NCBI GenBank assembly: GCA_038087875.1
Contig: CM075984.1
Span: forward strand, 8,866,001 to 8,930,000
Direction of reading: 5' to 3'
Length of the DNA: 64,000 nt
Origin: Malacoraja senta
Taxonomy: Eukaryota
This document shows, piece by piece, positions 1 to 11,541 of this stretch. The notes beneath the pieces were generated by a model. That model searched no databases. It had not been told where the DNA came from and was given only the letters and a program-made list of their open reading frames with translations. The first letter of the stretch is position 1; each line of letters starts with the position of its first letter. A program made the translations under genes and the position numbers.

Positions 1-58
1 ACGGTTTGCATTGTTCTTGGTGTCTGACCACGAAATGCAAGATAACCAACTAGAAATC
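1..58 (-). CDS. TFRC: Transferrin receptor 1, third coding exon (partial; runs off the window start)
   Basis: ttctgatcttCAG acceptor (59-61), then GA TTT CTA GTT GGT TAT CTT GCA TTT CGT GGT = (G)FLVGYLAFRGQTPRTMQT. This completes the split Gly codon from the previous exon and the TM helix (human FMIGYLGY). Confidence 0.88.
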
Positions 59-135
59 CTGAAGATCAGAACAAGATCAAACTCAACTTTTTCCATTTAG
101 CATGTCATTGCATATTGGATGAACTCATAAGAATT

Positions 136-997
136 GCTCCCCCTCCCCCCATTCGCAGCAAGGACAGAGTCCCTCTTGTCCTCACCTTCCACCCCACCAG
201 CCATCACATACAGCATATAATCCTCCATCACTTTCGCCACCACCAACGGGATCCCACTACTGGCCACATCTTCCCATCTCCACCTCTTTTAGCTTTCCGC
301 AGAGATCGTTCCCTCCGCAACTCACTGGTCAACTCGTTCCTTCCCACCCAAACCACCCCCTCCCCAGGTACTTTTCCCTGCAACCGCAGGTGATGCAACA
401 TCTGTCCCTTTACATCCCCCCTCGACTTCATTCAAGGACTTTTCAGGTGAGGCAGAGGTTCACTTGCACCTCCTCCAACCTCATCTACAGTATCCGTTGT
501 TCCAGATGTCAACTTCTGTACATCGGCGAGACCAAGCGCAGGCTCGGCAATCATTTTGCTGAACACCTCCGCTCAGTCCGCCTTAACCTACCTGATCTCC
601 CGGTTGCTCAACACTTTAACTCCCCCATCCCATTCCCAATCTGTCCTGGGCCTCGTCCATTGCCAGAGTGAGGACCAGCACAAATTGGAGGAACATCACC
701 TCATATTTTGCTTGGGCATCTTACACCCCAGCAGTATGAACATTGACTTCTTTAACTTCAAACAGCCCTTGCTTTCCCTCTCTATCCATCCCCTCCCCAG
801 TTCTCTCACCAGTCTTACTGTCTCCGACTACATTCTATCTCTGTTCTGCCCACTCCCCTGACATCAGTCTGAAGAAGGGTCTCGATCCAAAACGTCACCC
901 ATTCCTTTTCTCCAGAGATGCTGCTGGTCCTGCTGAATTACTCCAGCATTTTGTGTCTACCTTCGATTTAATCCAGCATCTGCAGTTCTTTCCTACT
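136..997 (+). mobile_element. 5'-truncated Penelope-like element (GIY-YIG region, 3' UTR, hammerhead terminus) in a TFRC intron
   Basis: Frameshifted peptides RVPLVLTFHP...PCNRR and CTSSNLIYSIRCSRCQLLYIGETKRRL (GIY-YIG). Hammerhead-like CTGAAGA...AAAACGTC at 869-896, with GAAA mutated. Confidence 0.9.
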
Positions 998-1589
998 CAT
1001 ATAATTTATTTTCCAGTATACAATAATAATAAGCAAATATGTTTAAAATTGATCCACCCTATTCAGAAATTTAATTTTAAATCAACCATTTCAATGGTAA
1101 AAACTCTGCATTCATGGTATCATTCTGAATATCATTAACCCATATTAACAGAACAAGAATCCACACTTTTGGATGAATAAACAAAACCCAATTTCATGCC
1201 ATGCTTTCTTTTGGCTCAATGAACATTTCAGTTAAACGATACAAATAATTTCTGTGCACCATTCCTTGGCAAACCACTGCAATGTCTGACATTCCAAGTG
1301 CTCCTCCGTGAGGTTGCAACACATGCATGCATTAAACAAAAGTAAATGATCCGAAAATCAACAGATTCAATTGCTCTGCAAATCTATCACACCTAATTAT
1401 GAGTAACCAACAAGAGACAGTTCCAATAACAAAACCAGCCCCAATGACCTTCAACATCCATTGCTGCTCATGGCTGTGTACTATTGCGCTACTCCCTGTA
1501 CATCCACAAACACGTGGCCAAGTACCATGCCAACACAATATTGAACCCACCAACGACTGTTGCTCATCAGATTGACAACAACGATAAGA

Positions 1590-2080
1590 CAAAGTACAGA
1601 AAAGAGATTGAGACCTTGTGTCGTGGTGTCAGGGCAACAACATGGCCCTGAATGTCAGCAAGATGAAAGCGTTGGTTGTTGGCCTGGGGAGGGGGGGGTG
1701 AGGAGAGACGGGGGCCGGGGGACGGGACTTTAACCCAGTCTCATCAACTGAGCCGTTGTAGACGGAACTGTTGTGGAGATCGTTGATATCTTCAGGTTCC
1801 TTGGCTTCCAAATCACCAGCAACCTGGTCCCTTCATAATGATGCGGTGATAAATAAAGTATTTACTTTGAGAAATTTCAGCAAGTCCATGAGCATTCTGT
1901 GCAACCTCTACAGATGCACCATGGAAGGTAGCGTTTGACCACCTGAACCTGCAAAGCAATCAACAGTCCATCACCAGCTTGTGACTTCCTTTCACTGGGT
2001 CCAGCTTCATGGTGCCCTTCATTAGGATGGCTGGAAATATTTACAGGATGCTTACCAACGTGGCCATTCCTTTTTCTCAC
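1590..2080 (+). mobile_element. Degraded Rex1/Babar-like LINE RT fragment
   Basis: Broken translation YRKEIETL..WCQGNNMALNVSKMKALVV, typical of the RT thumb of Rex1/L2-group LINEs. Confidence 0.55.
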
Positions 2081-2899
2081 TTCTACATGTTACTGTGTTG
2101 ATGCATTTATCATTACTCTAGAATAGTGGAGACATACAGCAAGGCTCTTCCAGCTAACTTGAAGCATCATTCATTCATCTTGACCATGCTGACCAAGCTA
2201 ATCCCATTAGCTCTTGTTTGGCCCATATCCCTCTAAAGTTTTCCTATCCAAATGTTATTATTTTATCTGCTTTAACTGCTTCCTCTGGCAGCTTGTTCTA
2301 AATACCCACCACACCTCGTGTATATACATTACTTATTCTGGGAGTTTCATGAGAAAATGAATTTAATTGAATCCTGATGTATATGATAATAAACTGATAT
2401 GAACTAATCTCAATATGAATATTCTTTAGCAGCCTCACATGAGGCATCTTGTCAAAAGCCTGAAAATCTAAGCAAAGAACATCCAGACTCTCCTTTGTCT
2501 ATCCTGTTTGTTACTCTTCTCAACTAAAACCCTGCTGACTTTGGCCTATTTTATCATGTGCTTTATGAACCCCGAAACCTTAACGATGAGGTGAAGGTTC
2601 CCTCTAAAATTTTACCGACCATGGAAATCAGACTATCTGACCTATATTTTACTTTCTTTTGCCTTGCTCCCATCTCAAACAGTGGAATTATATTTGTGTG
2701 ATTTTCCAGTCCTCTGGAACCAGTTAGGACTCCAATGATTCTTGAAAAATCACTACGAATGCATCCACAATCTTATCAGCTAGCTCCTTCTGAACACCAG
2801 GGTGTAGCCCATTCGGTCCAGGTGAATAATCCACCTTTAGACCCTGGCACCTTCAGTCCCACCTTCATGGCACCATGGCACAGTGGGACGTTCAAGGGT

Positions 2900-3150
2900 G
2901 GAAGGGGAGTATTCAAAATTCAGTGTGTTATTGGGAGAGTACAATTAGGGCCAATAGGCACTGTTCCCTGCAGCAAAGACAAAGCCTCAAAACCATGTTG
3001 CCAGGTCAGTGCCAGGGTTGAGGATGACACTTCCGTACTGGAGAAGAACTTGGAATGGGAGAAGGCGGATACTGCTGTTATGGTCCACTTAGGCATTAAT
3101 GACATAGGAAGGACTTGTTAAGAGGTTCTGTTGAGTACAATAAGTTTCTG
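2900..3150 (+). mobile_element. CR1 ORF1 esterase (SGNH)-like fragment
   Basis: CCQVSARVEDD...LEKNLEWEK..TAVMVHLGINDIG resembles the CR1 ORF1 esterase motif (CC.PGA.V.D....VVVHVGTND). Confidence 0.65.
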
Positions 3151-3169
3151 AATCCATATAGAAATTAAC

Positions 3170-3298
3170 AGAAGGAACTGCAGATGCTGGTTTAAACCAA
3201 AGATAGACACAAAAAGCTGGAGTAACTCAGCAGGACAGGCAGCATCTCCAGAGAGAAGGAAAGGGTGGAGTTTCGGGTCGAGACCCTTCTTTAAACTG
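3170..3298 (-). mobile_element. Penelope terminal mini-element, degenerate hammerhead
   Basis: Same ~125-nt terminal sequence as the other Penelope copies; the CTGAAGA box is mutated. Confidence 0.75.
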
Positions 3299-3489
3299 GT
3301 TGTTTGATGGGACCTCGAGAGAATGAGGCTGCGGAATTAATATTAGGAAACAAAGAACTGGGAGGTACATTAGGCCAACAGAGACACAAGAAACTGCAGT
3401 CTTAAGCAAAAAAGAACAGAACAGAACAAGAATCGGCTCACAATGTCTGAGCTGAACACCATACCATGATAAACTCTTACCTAACTGCA

Positions 3490-3990
3490 CGGTTCATATC
3501 TCCCATTCCATGCGTATCCATGTGCATATCCAAAAGCCTCAAATACTATTGTATCTGGCTCCACCACAACATCTGCAGCTCGTTCCAGGCTAATCTCTTT
3601 TAAACTTTGCCCTATATTATTTGATATTTAGATTCTGAGAAAAATGTTTTGATCGTCCACGCCATCTATGCCTCTCATAATTGTATATGTTTCTGAGGCC
3701 TCCACTGAACCTGGCGTTCCAGAGAAAACAATCCAGGTCATCCAGCCACTCCTTGTAGCAAATATTGTCGAATCCAGGCATCATTCTGGTAAACCCCCTC
3801 TGCACTCTTACCAAAGTTTCCACATTATTTTTGTATTGGGGTGACCAGAACTGCACGCAATACTCCATGTGCTACCTAACCAAATAAAGTTGTCTCATTA
3901 CTTCCTGACTCTTCTACTCAATGCTTTGGCTAATGAAGACAAAAATACCATATGACTTATTTGCCACTATGTTCTTGTGTTGCCACTGTG
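3490..3990 (-). mobile_element. CR1 LINE 3' fragment
   Basis: MEYCVQFWSPQYK..VETLVRVQRGFTRMMPG, the CR1 ORF2 C-terminus. Confidence 0.85.
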
Positions 3991-4240
3991 AAGGAAATGG
4001 ACAACATTTTTGGATCAGGACCCGTCTTGAGACGGAGTGAAGCTGGAAATCCCATTAATGCAAATTAAAAGTATTAACATTTACCAGTAATTGTAATTTA
4101 CTCACAGGAAATTACTAATCACAAACTTCAAAATTATAAACGTTAACTTTAACCTAACACCAGTAAATAAAAAGTGTGCATCATAAACTTAGGTAGACTG
4201 GAAGGGGAAAGAAGTGTCATTAAAAACAGGCCTTACTTAC

Positions 4241-4457
4241 CTATTGTAAGAAAAAAAACAGCAAACATTAAAGTTTTCATGGTGCTTTTACATTTATCGT
4301 GAGGTTTCTGGATGCGTGTCAGCATGCCATCTACCATCCCATCTCCCATTTCTTCATCATTCTCAGTGTCTGCTGATTTCATCTCAACTCTGCTCATATC
4401 TCCATCCGCTTGACGTGTCAGACTAAAACGAGTATATGATCTCAACTCGCCTCCAAA
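4241..4457 (-). CDS. TFRC: Transferrin receptor 1, second coding exon (cytoplasmic tail with YTRF internalisation motif and start of TM helix)
   Basis: TAG acceptor at 4458-4460, GTAAGT donor at 4235-4240, 217 nt, phase-1 end. Encodes FGGELRSYTRFSLTRQADGDMSRVEMKSAD...FAVFFLTIG versus human [31 protein letters not shown]...VFFLIG. Confidence 0.96.
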
Positions 4458-5261
4458 CTAAAAGCAATTGAAAAGGTTATCATCTTGAATTTAACAATTT
4501 GTAAATAATGTCATCACTGGGAGACTAACTATAGGGAAGGATATAGCTAAGGATGCATTACCACTCCATGTTAAGATTTAAGTTTCTACCTTTTTTACTT
4601 TCCCCACCCCAATCCCCGTATCCTCACATTCCCTTCAGCATCTAAAAAATCCACTGATTTCAACGTTACGTATACCTAACCTCAACAATTAGTTAGCCTA
4701 AGCATTTGCAGTTCCTCGAGGTAAAGAATTCCAAAATTCACACCCCTCCAAATAAAGAAGCTCCTTGTTTCAATCCCAAATGGTCTTAGCCAGATATGCT
4801 CCAGTTATCGAAATATCCATAGTAAACAGCCTCTCAGCAATTTGTTTTTCTGAACGTCAGTGCAGAGTCCAATCTTAACCTTTCTTCTTTGGCACGGTAA
4901 TAATTATCAGAAATGTAATTGCAAACTTCAAAACATTTAAATTGGTTACTTCGAATGAAAAATGTAGTTAAAGCACAATCATTAACAACTAAGGCAAAAT
5001 GACATGCATAATGAGAGCAGATTTCAAATGCAAGATCTTCCACATTCACAATCTAATTGACCTCAGATGAAAGAGCATGGCACATATTGACCCAGTGATA
5101 GAATTAAATTAGCAACCTTTGTCCATCCTCCCTCCGCATTAACCAACCTCGATTTCCCCCCCAAATTTTTAATCAATGGCTATCGAACTGCATGACTTCA
5201 AGCACATTACAAGGCTAACTGCATCACCATAGAGGAAACAGGAACTAAAATAGTTACTTAC

Positions 5262-5321
5262 AAAGTTAGAAATGGATGCTCTAATACTCTCCATTCAGAT
5301 TTTCTGAAGATATTTAGTTAC
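5262..5321 (-). CDS. TFRC: Transferrin receptor 1, first coding exon (5' UTR + MESIRASISNF; CDS 5262-5294)
   Basis: Minus strand reads polypyrimidine-CAG acceptor | 27 nt UTR with an in-frame TGA directly before ATG | ATG GAG AGT ATT AGA GCA TCC ATT TCT AAC TTT | GTAAGT donor (5256-5261). The peptide aligns with human TfR1 MMDQARSAFSNL and splices in phase 0 to the next exon. Confidence 0.9.
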
Positions 5322-5454
5322 CTGAAAAAAAAATGAAAGTTACCAAATAAATGACAGTAGCCTGAGAATTAATACCTTTTATTGTTTTCTGTGAGGTGTT
5401 TAGAATTGTATGAATCACATCATAATCCAAAATTAGAACCAAATGGTTGGATTC

Positions 5455-6010
5455 AGAGTCATACAGCACAGAAACAGGCCCGTCAGCCCGACACTTTCTT
5501 GCCGACCAGGATTTACAGCTGCGCTTGTCATTTGCTTGCCTTTGGCCCATATTTCTCTAAACCTTTCCTATCTGTGTACCTGTCTAAATGTCTTCCAAGC
5601 ATTGCTATTGTACCAACCCCTGCAGCTTTCTCTGGTAGCTTGTTCCATTTACACATCACCCTCTGTGTGAAAAGAAAATGTTCACCAAGTCTCTTAAACG
5701 TCCCCCCTCTCACCTCATGCCTATGCCCTCTAGTTCTGGACTTCTTTACCCTGGGGAAGAAGACTGTGACCTTTATTCAAGCCCCTAATGAATTTATATA
5801 CATCTATAAGATCACCCCTCAATCACACTCCAGGGAAATGTGCCTCAGCCTACCCTTATAACTCAAATCCTCAAGTTCTGGTAACATCCTGGTGAATTTT
5901 TTCTGCACCCTTTCCAGCTTAATATCCCTCCTGAAGGAAGGATTGCTGGAACCAGTCAACACTCCAAATGTGGTCTCATCAATGTCTTGTGCAGTTGCAG
6001 CATGATGTCC
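5455..6010 (-). mobile_element. CR1 LINE 3' fragment
   Basis: FTQRVMCKWNKLPE..AGVGTI...RHLDRY.DRKGLE.YG, plus the 3' tail gggcctgtttctgtgctgtatgactct. Confidence 0.8.
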
Positions 6011-6199
6011 TTACACAGGGCTCTCACTTAACTTTTTTTCTCTGTTGCCAGCCGGGCAACCTTGACAGCTTTTTAGCTTGCCAAATGACAGTTTAGGTGG
6101 TCATTTAAGACGGTTTGCATGACACGTGCGATAATGTGCTCGGACGAAGTGCGTAGTTACGGGTACGGAATTATGCTCAATGAAACACTCACATATTAT

Positions 6200-6400
6200 G
6201 TTCAAGAAGGAACTGCAGATGCTGGAAAATCGAAGGTAGACAAAAGTGCTGGAGAAACTCAGCGGGTGCAGCAGCATCTACGGAGCGAAGGAAATAGGCA
6301 ACGTTTCTGAAGCAGGGTTTCGGCCCGAAACTTTGCCTATTTCCTTCGCTCCATAGATGCTGCTGCATCCACTGAGTTTCTCCAGCACTTTTGTCTACAT
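6200..6400. mobile_element. Fold-back (inverted) Penelope terminal mini-element with 11-bp TSD
   Basis: Minus arm 6200-6306 and plus arm 6307-6398 of the same terminus. TSD TCACATATTAT at 6189-6199 and 6401-6411. Confidence 0.85.
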
Positions 6401-7331
6401 TCACATATTATTTCTGCTTCAAATAACTCACAAACTAAACATATTCACCAATCAAGACATGATGTATACCACAATGACATGCAGCAAAATTATAATACAA
6501 TATCTCAACTCTTTTTACACATTGCAATTAATGCAATTTATATTAGTTCTTTCCACTACCAAACAAAAATGTGGTTGGATTATTCAGCATATGATCAACC
6601 TGTGTCAATAAATCCTGGACCATGGTAACATATATGCTTAACCATGCACACTACAGTTTGATGCAAACATGTTCTCTGTGAAAGACCGAAAATTATCATG
6701 ACATGGCCTTAGCATGGGTCGTTATTGCTATTGGTACAGGAACACTCTCGCTTCCCACATAATTTATCCATAACAAAATATACTGGTTGCAAGGAAATTT
6801 CTAAAGGCATTTTATGATAATAGCTGTTAAAACCGACTATACCCATCTGACAGGTTAAACATTACACTAACTGACAAGAGATGGCCAAAGTACATAACTG
6901 CAGCAAATGTTCTTTTGGTAATATGTTTAAAGGTGTCAAAACAAATAATAACATTGGGAATTAAAACACATTTGATTGCATTCCGTTATCAAATATAGTC
7001 AATGTTCGCTCTGAAGACCATGAAGCACAATAGGGTCAGGGAGGGTGTGTGTGAATCAATGCGGGGTGGATAGATGGCGGGGGGGAGGGGGTTGAGAAGG
7101 CAATCGGTGTGGAATGGATGGATTGAGGCAGGTGAATTAGTACGTGTTGGTTGGAGTATGTAAAATTGTGAGGGGAGAGCACGGGGGATGTCAGTGGTGT
7201 TGAATGGGGGGTTCAGTACGGGATGGATGGGGGGGGGGGTCAGTACAGGTTGAATGGGGGGTCAGTACAGGATGAATGGGGTAGACAAAAATGCTGGGTG
7301 AGGCAGCATCTATGGAGCGAAGGAAATAGGC

Positions 7332-7359
7332 AACGTTTCGGGTCGAGACCCTTCTTCAG
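7332..7359 (-). ncRNA. Minimal hammerhead ribozyme motif (intact core) in a Penelope mini-element (7281-7363)
   Basis: CUGAAGA-A-GGGU(CUCG)ACCC-GAAA-CGUU. Confidence 0.7.
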
Positions 7360-7741
7360 ACTGTTCCCCCCATTCTTGAATGGGGGGATCAGTACAGGAT
7401 GAATGGGGGGAGATCAGTACAGAATGGGGGGGGGGGGTCAGGACAGTGTGGATCGGAGGCTCTGTGCAGGATGAATGGGGTATCACTACAGGATGAATGA
7501 GGGGATCAGTATAGGATGAATGGGGGATCAGTAAAAGATGANNNNNNNNNNNNNNNNNNNNNNNNNNNNNNNNNNNNNNNNNNNNNNNNNNNNNNNNNNN
7601 NNNNNNNNNNNNNNNNNNNNNNNNNNNNNNNNNNNNNNNNNNNNNNNNNNNNNNNNNNNNNNNNNNNNNNNNNNNNNNNNNNNNNNNNNNNNNNNNNNNN
7701 NNNNNNNNNNNNNNNNNNNNNNNNNNNNNNNNNNNNNNNNN

Positions 7742-10640
7742 GAGCCATCACGAGAAAGTTGCAGTGACCATCGGAAGTGTTACGGTGCCAGTGATTGTAG
7801 ATTCTGGTAGTGACAGCAACGTAATTGACAGATCACTTTTGGGAATGCTTGAAACAGCAGAAAAATCAAGTGCACGTCAAGGAGGTGTGGTAGGAAGTTA
7901 TATCCATGCACTGCAACTAAACCATTGCAGACCATTGGATGCTTCACGGCTAAAGTAGAAGTCGGAGATAGAGAAACTGAAGCAGAATTCATGGTGATAG
8001 AGAGAGAACCTCTTGCTGAATAGAAACACAGCTCAAGAGCTGGGAGTATTTTCACATCGGAGTGCATGTCAATTCAGTGCCGTCATATGATGACATGCGG
8101 CAGGAATTTCATTCAGTATTCCAAGGATTGGAAAATGAAAGGCCTGCAAGTGAAATTAGCCATTGATGAAAATGTCAAGCCGATAGCTCAACCGGTGCGA
8201 GAACGCCATTTGGACTTCGTGAAAAGTAGAAGCTAAAATCAACCAGTTGATTGATCAGGACAATATTGAACCAGTTGAACATTCGACACCATGGTGAGTC
8301 CAGTTGTGATTGTGCCGAAACCCAATGATGACATTAGACTGTGCGTAGACATGAGGAGAACCATTGGGGCAATAATCAGAGAAAGACACCCAATTCCTAC
8401 GGTTGATGAGGTGTTACAAGAGTTATCAACCAGTAAAGTGTTTTCCAAAATTGATCTCAAGTGGGGATATCATCAGTCGGAATTACATCCTGAGTCAAGA
8501 GAGGTGACAACATTCGTCACTCACTGCGGATTGTATCGATATAAAAGACTGATGTTTGGAATCAATGCTGCTCCCAAGATCTATCAGTACGAAATCCACA
8601 GAGTGTTTCAAGGTGTACCAGGAGTACAACCATATCAGATGACATCATCGTCCATGCATCAAGTCGGAAAGAGCATGACAGGAGATTGAAGCTAGTGTTG
8701 ACTAAACTTCAAGAAGCAGGTCTCACTGTGAATGAAGACAAATGCAAGTTTGGCGTCTCTCAGATGGATTTCCATGGGACACAGACTAACAAGTGAAGGC
8801 TGAACCCAGCCAAAGCTAAAGTGAAAGCTACTGCAGATGCACGTGAACCTCAGAATGCAACCGAGATGAGGAGTTTTCTAGACTGGTCAATTATTGTTCA
8901 AAATTTATTCCAAATGTTGCTACGCTGGCAGATCCACTGAGAAAGTTGACCAGGAAAGACGTACCGTTCCAGTTTGTAGTGAACAGAGACAGGCATTCAA
9001 ATCACTGAAACAGAGTCTAAAGAGTGCAGAAAACCCTTGGATATTATGATCCAGCTGCACCAACGAAAGGCATAGCAGATTAGGAGCAGTGCTGTTACAG
9101 AGACATGCAGACGGACCCAGATTCATAGCATATGCCAGTCGATCTTTAACCAGCGTGGAGAGAAGGTATTCTCAAACAGAGAAAAGAAGCACTGGGACTA
9201 GTGTGGGCCTGTGAAAGGTTCCATGCATACTTGTATGACATTGAATTTGAAACTTAATAATAATAATAATGGATTGGATTTATATAGCGCCTTTCTAATA
9301 CTCAAGGGCGCTTTACATCGCATTATTCATTCACTCCTCAGTCACACTCGGTGGTGGTGAGCTACTTCTGTAGCCACAGCTGCCCTGGGGCAGACTGACG
9401 GAAGCGTGGCTGCTAATCTGCGCCTATGGCCCCTCCGACCACCACCAATCACTCACACACACATTCACACACATTCACACATATTCACACACATTCACAC
9501 GCAGGCAAAGGTGGGTGAAGTGTCTTGCCCAAGGACACAACGACAGTATGCACTCCAAGCGGGATTCGAACGGCTACCTTCCGGTTGCCAGCCGAACACT
9601 TAGCCCATTGCCGCCATCTGTCGTCATCTTGTTACAGATCACAAGCCGCTGGAAGTTACCTATTTGACAAGGTCTAAAGCATGTGCCAGAATAGAACGTT
9701 GGGTGCTGAGACTCCAACAGTACAAGTACAAAGTATCCATATTGCCGGGAAAGCAAACATCGCGGACCCACTGTCGATGGATGAACAGCTGGGAGCAACA
9801 TCCACACTAGAGATGATCACTCTGTTGAAGGAAGAACAAGCTGGGCACATCCACGCTAGAGATGGAAGCAGAGAACTTTGTGCGATTCGTCACAATTCAG
9901 TCAACGCCAGGAGCGTGACAACGAAGGAAGTTGAAAGGGAATCAGAACATGATCCTGAACTCAAAGATATCAGAGAGCGTATTTCACAGTGGACAATGGG
10001 ATCAATGCCCTTACAAAGCATATGTTCCCATAAAAGATGAATTTTGTGTAATTGGTCAGTGTGTGCTGAGAGGTAGCAGATTGGTGATCCCACAGGCACT
10101 ACGACCAAGGATCGTGTCATTAGCTCATGAAGGACATTTAGGCATCGTTGGTACTAAGAGTGGTGCAAAGAGTGGTGGCCAGGTTGTGAGACCCAATTAG
10201 AAGTTGCCAACAGGACCATGGGTTGACATAGCTGTTGACTTTCTTGGACCACTTCCAACAGTGAATCAATTATGGTGGTGGTAGACTACCATGAGTATGC
10301 AGTGATGAAGTAAACTACAGCAGCAAAGACTGGACAGGCATTAGCAGAGATCTTCCCCAGACACGGGTTGCCTGTTACATTGTATTACGACAATGGGCCC
10401 CAGTTTGTTTCCGAGATGTTTGCTGAATACATGGGAATCACAGGTATCCATCATCACAAGGTGACTCTCAAATTGGCCACAAGCTTATGGAGAAGTAGAG
10501 AGGCAAACCAGTCCATAGAGAAGAGTATACGAATCGCCCATGCGAAGGGAAAACTGGAAGGAGGCACTGTTAGTATACGTAGCTGTATATCGGGTGATCA
10601 CTCACTCAACGACAGGGAAACGTCCAGGCAGAAGCTCGGA
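7742..10640 (+). mobile_element. Degenerate Ty3/Gypsy LTR retrotransposon pol (protease-RT-RNase H-integrase)
   Basis: VIVDSGSD (protease); SPVVIVPKPNDDIRLCVDMR, KIDLKWGYHQ and YKRLMFGINAAP (RT); TDHKPL (RNase H); AHEGHLGI, GPWVDIAVDFLGP and DNGPQF (integrase). PR-RT-RH-INT order with many frameshifts. LTRs not identified. Confidence 0.92.
9255..9625 (-). mobile_element. tRNA-derived SINE with CORE/AFC-like body and L2-type tail, inserted in the Gypsy RNase H
   Basis: Minus strand has A-box TGGCGGCAATGG, B-box GTTCGAATCC, GTGTCCTTGGGCAAGACACTT body, and tail AAGCGCCCTTGAG...AAAGGCGCTATATAAATCCAATCC(ATT)n. It interrupts the EFEL|VTDHKPL coding sequence. Confidence 0.8.
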
Positions 10641-11541
10641 GACCACATCTTGAGAGCACAGAGAGATACGAGAGTCAGATCACTTCCAAACTACCCACCG
10701 CCAGTTCTGTCAGCAACTCTAGGTCCATCTATGGAAATGTCTACAGTTCCAACAGTGGCCTCATCATTGTGGCATCAGGCCATACTTGTTTGGGAGGGAT
10801 TGTTAAAAATAAGTGTATGCTCAGTCACAGCTGAAACCACACAAAAGTTGTGCTCATCTCTTTCACTGATCGTGCTACGGGATGCTTCAGTTCATGATAG
10901 CCACAGTAGAGGTGACCAATGCACCACCACATAATGTCAAAATCACTTCTTCACACGGAGGACACCTTCACATGTCCTCTTCACATGGAGGACACCTTCC
11001 ATTGCAAAGACTCCAAATGGATCTGACTGTTGAAAATTGGGCATCTATGAAGTGCCGAAGACTACTGACAGCAGAAATGTACACCATCACAATTTGTAAG
11101 ATTACCTCCTGGTCAAGGACAATTAGGAGGGCAATAATTGCAGGCTTTGCAGGTGGCAACAATCCCAATAAATGAATAAAAATACATATCTTTCCCACTC
11201 AGCCCTCCCCCTCCCAAAACACGCTCAACATCTATTGCAACCCTCCAATCCCTGTCCCAAAATGCCCTCTCCTCAATTTCAACCCTTGCCCTCAAAACAT
11301 CTTCTCAACTCCTCAAAATCCAATTCATACAGCTCGACATCCTCCCCCTCAAAGCCATTCCCCATCCCACAACACATCCTCACTACCTTCATCCCAAATT
11401 CTCAGTGCACATAACAGCTCAATATATCCCCTCCAGTCAAATTGTAAATTGCCACCCCTCAACAATTTCCTTCCAAAGCACATCTTTCTACACTTGATAT
11501 ACCCTCCCCATCCCAAATCTGTATCAACACCTCTAAACCAT

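Larger units (their letters stand above)
6017..7541. mobile_element. Probable non-autonomous DNA transposon (hAT-like CAGGG start) containing a G-rich minisatellite; far end lost in the gap
   Basis: Begins cagggctctcact...gttgccagccgggcaacc. A tandem ~22-25 bp unit (ggggggatcagtacaggatgaat) runs from ~7180 to 7541. The second TIR is not visible. Confidence 0.35.

Noticed and set aside
1332-1592. Hydrophobic minus-strand ORF as a possible TFRC exon
   Set aside because: No TfR similarity; the correct in-phase next exon is at 1-58.
1-5400. Iron-responsive elements near TFRC
   Set aside because: I saw no CAGWGH loop on a 5-bp stem with a C-bulge. TFRC IREs are expected in the 3' UTR, outside this window.
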